The notes under the pieces were generated by a model. The model was not told the origin of the DNA and did not search any database. It saw nothing but the letters and a program-made list of their open reading frames with translations. 64,000 nucleotides of DNA, from positions 37,715,967 to 37,779,966 of the forward strand of contig CM120640.1 in NCBI GenBank assembly GCA_051362555.1, written 5' to 3'. The DNA comes from Lingula anatina (lineage: Eukaryota > Animalia > Brachiopoda). Below, one piece after another: positions 54,507 to 64,000 of this stretch; positions within the stretch are counted from its first letter, which is position 1, and each line of letters starts with the position of its first letter. The position numbers and the translations under genes were made by a program.

Positions 54507-57500
54507 TGTGACGAAGCTATTGGCTTGTCTTCGTCATGTTACGCGAGGTAGCAAATACAACTCAGATATTATCTTTCTTATTATTTATTGAACTACTGTC
54601 CAGTTATTACCCGCGCCGCTTCCTTAATTTCTCTAACTACCTCATGCAATCTCTAGCGGCCTTCTCTCTGTTTACACTAAGCGCAGTTGTATAAATACCA
54701 CAAGAGCATGTCAATCAACTTAAGTTACTCTACTAAACACTCCCCGCTCTTATTCGCTGCACGCTGTCACTTACTAACGTTACATTATCTCCCGGGGAAG
54801 ATATGCCTGTTCCCAGGCATATTTAAAATTAAAATATACATTGATTAAAAATAAACTTTCTTAAACACTGCATTTGTCTTTTATCATAAATTCATGCAAA
54901 ACAAAACTAAGTACATAGATTTTGTATTATAAACCTACTATAAGATAGAAATAAAATTGACATGAAACCCCAAATATAAAGGAAGATAGATTTACAACTC
55001 TTTAGGAAATATGATTTTCCGTGGATGTGCATTTACATGTTATAATGTGCGGCCCAAGAGTACAGATACTTTTAATAGTTTTCTCTCTTTTGTTTGTCAT
55101 TTTAGATATTGATGGAGTGCATTACGTGAGACAATAGGGTCGGCCGTCCCCTGTCCAGCGCACCGTTCATGATGAAGTACTTGTTCATCATCATATATAT
55201 CCATACTGCAGCGCTCTCTTTTGATGGCTATAAGAGAAACAATCGTTTTATATCAAACCCAATCCACGATTGAACAAAAACGTACCGAAAAATAATAAAG
55301 TAAGAATCTTCCTTAATGCATATCATCAGTTTCACGTCATCATCTTTATAAAGGTTAAGTACACTGTTCCTATACCAATAACTGTATAGTTAAATATCAA
55401 TAACAAATAACTATAAGACCGACAGGCTGAATAAAGATATACTTCTCATAAGTCACGTATTTACTATTCAATACACAATATTTAACATTTTCTTATAACC
55501 ACTTGCAATAACATTTGACGCAAAGTTAACCAATAAAATCTAAAGTTCATTTCCCACAAATGAATAGTTCCATTTGGTATGGTCCGTTACATCCTCCATT
55601 GAATTTTAGCACGAAAGTTCAGTTAGCATATAATGTCAAATCCGTCCTTCTAGACAGTGCATAGCGATTGTCATCTGCCACTCATTGTATATGGATAAAC
55701 GTCTTATTCGCGCACGTTGGCATACGTGTAGATAAATGTTCACAGTTTCCTGTATATCCACGAATGTCTATGTCCAGCGTTTACGAATATATCCAAATGA
55801 ATGAGGCAGAAATGCATGTCAATAAAAACTTAACTACTTATATTATAACAATCATCATCAAACTTGAATACAGTCACATTTAACAGGCAAGATTTTAACT
55901 TGCCATAGTATTATCCATCCAAAATATTATGATAACAATAAAACATATATGGAACCATGCTAATAATACGATACTTTGTTCAACAATAATACTTATGCTA
56001 ATAATAAAAATAATAATAACGCAATCTGGCGTCCCAGATGCTAATATTTATCTGGCGTCCCAGATTTTAGTATTTATATGACGTCATGGGCACACGTTTA
56101 TACCTCAACTCCACATATTCAGTTATCCATAACCACATTGATATCCGCCACATCTTAATCATTTTATTCCTCACAATATATCAAATAATATTCACATAAG
56201 GCCATTTATCCTTGCATTATTTATTCTCATTAACTCATTTGTTCCACTCGATCTTGATTGCTAATATAACCACATTATCAACTGACAAGATCATTTTAAG
56301 AAGATCGTCGAAATGCCAGTGATTAGGACTTGAATTAAGGCAATTTGTCGAGAAAGTTCAAACTATTCTCCAATTTTATTCTTCGTAACCCGAAAACATA
56401 ATTTTATTGAAGGGACTTCCAATAATGTAGATTAATCATAATCTTAATATTTGCTTGTCACCTTCAAAGGTGCATGCGCACTATCGATGATGTTTGACAT
56501 TGCAAGGGGGTAGTGGGCGAAACAGAAGGGGTATTCTTATGAAAAGAATTATGATTCATCATCTGAAATTACGCAGACTGTAAGTCCAGGAGCCCTAAAC
56601 CAAAAAAGGTACAATAATAATTAGTATTGCCTGAAATTAAAGTGAATGTCATTAAAGTGTCATATCCTGTAAAAGAAATGAAAAACTCGTTATGATGGAT
56701 ATCAAAATTACAAGGGTAGGCAAACAATGAAAAATTCATTCGCTGCCTGGCTAACCTGGAAAAATAAACTATTTTATCAATATTGATTAGTGCAACATTT
56801 TTGTTCAAGTCAACAACAAAATATTTTCAAATGCAGTTTTCCGTCTTGTCACGAATTTTTCAACAGTGAAGTGAGATATCTCAGCTGTTGGCATCTCTTC
56901 AAACATTCCGCAACCTGTAAAATTCTTAAGGTCAATAGATGCAAAAAATGTAAACGGAAATGAATTTACTTAATAAACATTAGACGTATCAAAAAGATGG
57001 ATAATGTTTACATTTATCTAAATTAGAAGGTATCGGAAAATATAAGACATACAAAATATATTCACCAAACAAATTTTACGTGTTGTTTTATAACAAGTCT
57101 ACAGCCAATTCAAATTATTTGTTTAATCAATACTCAAACTTACTTACATGAATCTTTTTCCGGAATCTGAGGGAAAATGAGGGACAACCATATCGCCGTT
57201 GAACTCCTAATAGTATTGTCCTAGAAAAGACTTAGCGTACATTTTTAAAAAACAAACGTTAATGGCATTGAAATTTAAGAGCATCTTTTAATATTTTCCA
57301 TACAAAGGTTTAATGACATCACTTTATGATAGTCTCTTTATAAAAATCTTAATTCTATCCAATTAGAATTCAACTTCGTCGCGTTTGCTACTCCCATCTT
57401 ACTGTCCGTCTTACAACGTATTAATGTCAATTGCGTCTGTTCATCAATTTTTAAACGGGCGTGTTCTATTTCATTGACACACAACTTAATATATTTTCTT

Positions 57501-57736
57501 CTTTTCCTTTACTCTTATATTATTCCCTTTAATGTCGCCTCGTTTAATTTTTAATTGGATCCCTAATATTCTAACCAAAAGGGAATCCATTTCCACTAAA
57601 TAAGATCATGTGCTTCAACTTTTTATCTGACGCGACCTCGTAAGGCTTCTACTTCAAATAATTCATCAGTGGTCTGGGACAAATTCGCTTGTCCTGCAGT
57701 CTCATTTTCTCGTTTTTCTTCATTTTTCTATTTTTC

Positions 57737-57772
<36 letters not shown>

Positions 57773-59171
57773 CTATTTATGGGCAAAGTTAGCAACGAAG
57801 CCCTGGGTGTTTTGGAGGAACTTTCCTTGTCAAACATTTAACACAAGAACGAACATAATGACATCTGTAAATGACCTTTTCCAAAAAGTACCGCGTCGTG
57901 TAAACTAGACAAAACTTTGTACTCTAACTTGTCTGAAAAATAAGTTGCAAAGAACCTCCTGGGTGGGGTGATTTTCTGCCATCAATTATCACGTTATCTC
58001 CTATCTCTAACAACAAGTAGCCGAGCGCCTTTGCAACTAAGTAGAAGTTCGTCTGATGTCAAGTGTGTGATAACTGACGCAAAATTCTTATCTTTACGCT
58101 GGAGTTTTTAAAACAATTCCTCTTTAAAACAAATGCCTCGCAATCCTGATATTTTGACAATGTCATATTTTTGTCACCTTTCTCTAACTGTTAAAAGCAT
58201 TCCAGACCTTTAAATTCGTAGCCACTCTGTTTTAATTTAAAGGAAAGTACTTGTGCCGAGATAGTGTCTAACATATGTATTCTGTTCAAACATGCATCAT
58301 TAAAAAAACTGTGCAGGGTCATTATGTTTTTCTAAATCTTATTCTTCAACGTTTCCCTCATGGTAAGGGCGGCGGCTAATCGCGTTTGTATTCGCGAGGT
58401 GTTTACTTTTACTCTGCTTAGCTGAAATCTGTTAGGGGATAAATTCAATAACCAATAATTCATTACTTCTAGAAATTCGATTACATTCAAATGGGCATGG
58501 AATTCTGGCACTGCCTTACACTTTGTCAACTCGAATATCAGTTACTGAAACTATGTACCCTTAATACCTGACCTCTTCTCGCGCAATGAAACTATTCAGA
58601 TAATGCTAAGTTTGCATTTCTCAGCCTTCGTAAAACTATGTTTACCTCACTAAGGCAATATTTGAAATTGTGGCTGGCTACCATAAAGTCATCTAAATAT
58701 CACAAAAAGCATTTTCCAAAATAACCGTTTAAAGCAACTGTCTTACCTTCCATGTTATGTTTGTCCAATTCCAATCTCCCATCTAGATACTTTGTGTTCA
58801 CCTGCGTATTTTCGTCCAGTGATCGTTCTCTCTCTTCCCGACAAGACTCATGATGTCAAACATCTATGATAATATTTTGCATCCTCCACCATTTGTGACG
58901 AAGCTATTGGCTTGTCTTCGTCATGTTACGCGAGGTAGCAAATACAACTCAGATATTATCTTTCTTATTATTTATTGAACTACTGTCCAGTTATTACCCG
59001 CGCCGCTTCCTTAATTTCTCTAACTACCTCATGCAATCTCTAGCGGCCTTCTCTCTGTTTACACTAAGCGCAGTTGTATAAATACCACAAGAGCATGTCA
59101 ATCAACTTAAGTTACTCTACTAAACACTCCCCGCTCTTATTCGCTGCACGCTGTCACTTACTAACGTTACA
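54507..59171 (-). mobile_element. LTR retrotransposon, non-autonomous or decayed internal region, inserted in an exon
   Basis: 278-bp LTRs at 54507-54784 and 58894-59171, bounded TG...CA and identical by eye. 4-bp TSD AAAG (54503-54506, 59172-59175). Minus-strand PBS TGGTGGAGGATGC next to the right LTR resembles a tRNA-Ala 3' end. No long internal ORF. Confidence 0.95.
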
Positions 59172-62100
59172 AAAGTACCAGTGTTGCCAACCCCGGCGCT
59201 AAAAAGGAGCGAGACAAATGATTTTAATAGCAGAGGTTTTTCAATCCTATCCTATTCTTTGTTTGCATATGCAGGAGGACACACGCTCATTGTACAGTAG
59301 CATATATATATTAGTTGTCGTGAAGAATTCACTTTTTATGAATAAAAAACAAACTGTTGAAGATTAAAGTATATTAAAAGCAAGAAATTAAAATTACATT
59401 TCACCTGCAGTGTACAATGATAGGCCCTTGGTCATAAACTTGGCTTTCATACTTTTTAACTTCCTCTCGAAATTTAACCAAAGCCGTCGGCTTGACAGGC
59501 ACTCCTTCATCAGGCCAACCGGTGAAGTGGAACTGTTTCACAGTACGGGTTGTCTGGTCTTCTTTCTTAAGTCAGATAAAGTCATCCAGAGTTTTATAAA
59601 GTAAATAACAACACCCCTCGATATTAATGACATGCTAACAAATATCAATATTTATATTTCGGGCACGTGTTTAATAAGATCAACGGATTTGGTTATAGAA
59701 AGAAATGTGTGTGCCTGCATGACGATATTGTTATGACAACTCTTACATGTATGTGTACTGGGTTACACTGTGCTTACTTTACGGTACTGTAGATTTCGGA
59801 CTAAGAAGTCCTGTCCGTGAACTTCATCCACTGTGGTCACTTCTATTTCGCCAAACTGTTTCATTCCCTCGTCTGCCCAGTAATGCTCACATTTTTGCTG
59901 AGCCGAAAAAACGGGATGCCACGTTACATATGCATGTATAGGGGTTAATATTAAAATAATCTGGATATATTTGAATACGCACGGTTTATTCTTATGACTG
60001 TCAAACGTCAGAAAACATAACATTTTGCAGTTCTATTTAATGCGCCTTTTGCTTAACCTAATGCTTAAAATATAAAAAACTTTTACGGTTATTTATTGGC
60101 ATACCTTGTCCATTTCTACAGTTTTCGTCAACATTACAATTTGTGGAGACTTGACTCGCCATATCATCCGCCAGAAGTCGTTTACGGTATTCGGTTTTGG
60201 ACCTGAAGTAAACTAAAAATTATTTTTTTCTAGAAATGAAATCATTTATTTACATCTGCTATGGCAAGTAACAAATAATTTAACAAACATGCAGTGTACA
60301 GTTGGTTCCAAATTGGAATTCATTAATTCGCGTAATGTTGATTAGGCCTTATAGGCGGCGTGCTTGTAAGAGAGGTCAGATATCCTTTAACTATTTAAAG
60401 TTACAGTTACCTTGTGCAGCAATGAAAGCACGTGGTCTGCTATATCCCTGAAAAATGAAATATAATGGTGAAGTATGGCTTTAATCGTTGGCTTCATTAT
60501 TTTGTTAACCGCAGCAAATTCGTTATCAAGTAATATATATTTACAGATAAATGTGAACCAATCAAAAGAAAAAAAACTGCCAATACCATTCCCGATTATG
60601 CGGGGATTAAATAACTATCAAATGTTGATAACAACAAATTAAATTGGCCAAAAACATATATGCTGGTACTTGTATGTAGAGTACATTACACGAACGTGAA
60701 TAATGATATAACAAAATACATTTATGTGAACAACTTACATCAATATAGTTTGCATTGATGTAGTCAGAGTTGGGATCATCTGGCAAAAGGTCCAATACAA
60801 CTCGGCTATGGTCATCTAATGTAAAATAAACATTTGTATAAAATTGGACGTAAGCACATTGTGTTATTTATTTAGATAAAGCGCATAACTTAAATTTGTT
60901 TTATGTATACAATATATATGTTCATATATTAAATTTCTATAAGATTGAACAAGTAATTTCATTGTTATATTACTCTGTGTTCGCACATGTACTGCAAGTA
61001 CTGCAGCATTAAAAAATAATAATAAGCTGAATTTTTTTACTGTAGAAAATTCAAATTTGACGGCTTACATGGCATAATGTTCTGAAACCTGTTCTTTAGT
61101 TTGTTTTCTCGTTTTTGGCCGGCTTTACAAGGGCTTTTCAAGGTGATGGGAAATTTCTGAAAAAAAATCCAAAATGTATAAACTGACCTAATAACAGTAC
61201 AACAACACTTTAACATTTGTTTATTGCACACTTTATATCAGTAAATAGGAGTTATGAATTTTTTTTATGATTTCACCAATGTGTATTAAAACGTGGACAA
61301 ATCATACCTGATACTCGTCGATAAGAATATCTCTGGTTTTCAATCTCATGACCTGAAAGATGTCCTCGACAGGAATTTCTGTGTTTTCTTTGATACTGCT
61401 ATAGAGATGCTCGTCTTCCGTGTTTTCATACAGACTTTGAACCGGAGATTCATATACATGGTCATCTAGATCTGAAGCTAAAAATTCACAGCAAGGAGAT
61501 AATGGGATCTACTTTTTAATCAAGTGCATGTAGAATTAAAGCTGCTGGACACAATAGATTTTAGTGAAAAATAAATACCTTCTTTTCTCTGCAATTCAGA
61601 AAAGGCATCAATTTCATAAAGCTCTTGAGTGCGTCGTCTTCTGCAAAAGAAGTTTACAAATAATGGTAAGAGTCTTGAACAGGCTTTGACTTCCACATGT
61701 ACAACATAATTAAGGATTTAATTTTGCCTATTTGTAAAATTTTAGATGACTCAATTTGATGTGTTGGGCCGCATTTGCAACATACAATTTAACTGTATCA
61801 TATGGTTATCTAATTTCATATTTCTCTAAAGTGCCATAGTGCATACATGTTAACATTGCTTTATGTATACTAAGGTTATGAAGTTCTTGTTCATGATATA
61901 TACGGCTTCAAATATACATAATAACGTATTTTTACATTTACATTTGTTTATTTAAGCACTATCTATCGTAATCTACAAAGGTTTACCTTTTGTATATGAC
62001 AACCACAACCACAAGTACCGCCACCAGGACAAGAACCCCCAACACACCTCCTGCTACAGCGCCACCATTTGTACCTGTGACACGGACATTACATTACATT

Positions 62101-63272
62101 ATAGCAAGGGAAAACACCCTACATGCAGTTGGAAACTTACACCGTTTAAATAAAACCATTAAAAAAAATAAGGAAAAATTAAGCTTTGAGTCTAAAACAT
62201 GAAGGACTTTATTCTTAAACTGTGTAGCACGATGGCCACACAGAATTCCCGAGGGTACATGTAGCTATGACAGTGACGTTGTGATACCTTTTTCGTCCGT
62301 TGTTGCCCAAATTGCATCACTATATTCGCCATAGCCGACAGCAGTTTTGCAGCGGATCTAAAATGACAAACGCTAACGGTGGGGGAAAACAGTATATAGG
62401 AGCATAAGGGTTACAGTGCAAAACCGCATGAACTTGTCGTTATTTGTTTCATTAAACACACATAAAGCGATACTTTCGTCATTAAAATATCTTGGATGAG
62501 GGTATGAAGTATACTTACTCGAAGCAAGTACGTGGTCTTGAACCGCAAATTGCCAATAGTTATACTAGTAATGTCTGCAGTAGTCACCGTCTCATTCCAC
62601 AGACTGGACTGTTCAGTGCACGAACGTCATCTCGTAACTGACGATAACGCCACCTGGAGGGAACGGCGCACGCCATGTTATCTCTATAAAGCTGTCTCCA
62701 GTAGATGTCACCTCTGGTGCTTCCATCTTTGGTGGAACTGTAACACCCAATAAATTGTATTATGTAAACTCACCAACAAAGCTTATCCATAATAAAACCT
62801 CCTGCATATGGCTCATTTACAATAAATAGGGTAAGAAAATTTAAAAGAAGTCCTTACCCCCTTCAGGTGTTGTATGAGTCACTGTCACTGGTGGCCCTGG
62901 CAATTTTAAGTTGTTAAACGCTGTCAGGTAGATGGTGTATTTACTATATGCCATGAGGTTGGTAATAGTAATCGACTGTGTTTCGTTGACATGCAGCACT
63001 CCCATCGTGCCACTGTCATGGTATTTTCCCTCAAATCGAACAGTCAAATTTGCAAACCCATCGCATCTATGGATATCTTGGTTCATCCCCTAAAATCAAT
63101 GAATTCTTTTGATTTCTTTTGAAAAAGAATAGACAGGTTAAATCCAACGATATAAGCTTAAAATACAGCAGATTTGGGCCTCGGTTATACAATGGACCAT
63201 AAAACTTGCATAGTTACTTCTTCTATCCGTCGTTTAATTTAAAGATAATCACACATTTATTTCCCTGAGTCA

Positions 63273-63494
63273 CTAAGGCTGTATTCCCAGAACTTTTAGA
63301 TCGATCTATCCCCGCGGGGAGTCTCACTAGATTACTGTCAGATAATTCGGCTTAAAAGTCCGTCCCGCCTATTACAAGCTGTAAGGGGGTAATTAACTTT
63401 CGTGTCCGCTCGGCTGACAGCTATTTAGCGTGAACCCCCAGGGAGTTAGGTCGCTCTAAAGTAGATCGATCTAATCTCTGGAAATGGGGTCTAA
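63273..63494. mobile_element. MITE family X, copy 3 (more diverged)
   Basis: TAAGGCTGTATTCCCAG..TAGATCGATC ... GATCGATCTAATCTCTGGAAATGGGGTCTAA. Confidence 0.65.
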
Positions 63495-64000
63495 GCCGTG
63501 GGTAACGCTCTCTGGGATGTTCTCAAACTCGTGTCTTCACGCGAATATATTTTTAAAATAACTCTGCACCCAAGTGCATTGAGAACATCTCTCAGAGAAG
63601 CACGAACTCCGCTTTGTTACATGTACTACATTCACTTAACGATATACGTGTATGACACAGTGTATTAATGTGGTGTACGCACCGTTGTGTTTATCTGTAT
63701 TTTAGTTGATCTTTTTGACGGGGCAAGAAAAGATTCGACGTTTGGTTTCGGTGGTGTCACAGGTTCTGAAAAATGATAAAAAAAATTTGAAATGTCTAAA
63801 CCAATATATAAAAGCCTGTGGTATTTTCGTATATAATTCTTATATAACAAATGACCTTATTTATCGCAAACAAAAAGGCAAGCCAATCGCGGGGACAATA
63901 TCATAATTACCTCCACATGTTCTTGCAGTGGTTGGTGAGCTAGGAAAACCCTGATATCCTGCATTACTCTTGATAGTTACAGTGACATTATATTCTGTGT

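Larger units (their letters stand above)
50842..64000 (-). pseudogene. RPTP copy 3 (5' part outside the window), disrupted by a frameshift and an exonic LTR insertion
   Basis: Paralogous exons run from FN3 (63910-64000, 63678-63765, 62858-63089, 62519-62737) through TM (61987-62073), D1 and D2 to the terminal exon 50842-50919 (EQYAFCYDVVEEYVQKVDTYVNLQM*). The FN3 exon is 219 nt versus 215 nt in copies 1 and 2, giving an in-frame TGA at 62613-62615. The P-loop exon is split into 59172-59198 and 54394-54506 by an LTR element. Confidence 0.88.

Noticed and set aside
1-64000. Assigning a gene symbol (PTPRA/E/K/T/F) or a species
   Set aside because: The ectodomain differs from all of these, and orthology or taxon cannot be established without a phylogeny or database search.

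Overview
AT-rich, intron-rich eukaryotic (probably invertebrate) genomic DNA, not prokaryotic, so most entries in the ORF track are exon fragments or noise. The window holds a head-to-tail tandem array of three paralogous minus-strand genes for receptor-type protein tyrosine phosphatases (RPTPs). Their architecture is Cys-rich/EGF-like - two F-type lectin (fucolectin) domains - EGF - 3x FN3 - TM - Tyr-rich juxtamembrane - PTP D1 - PTP D2. Copy 1 (<1..25723) has an intact D1 catalytic motif ([14 protein letters not shown]-loop). Copy 2 (31144..49437) looks open but lacks the P-loop Arg ([10 protein letters not shown]). Copy 3 (50842..>64000) shares that Arg->Asn change, carries a +4 frameshift in an FN3 exon, and has a young LTR element inserted in the P-loop exon. 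Similarity between copies is patchy, suggesting gene conversion. The introns contain a Ngaro/DIRS-type retroelement, a Helentron-like element with a 146-bp satellite, Harbinger and CACTA-type non-autonomous transposons, and many MITEs. All exon boundaries and translations were read by eye and may be off by a few bases.
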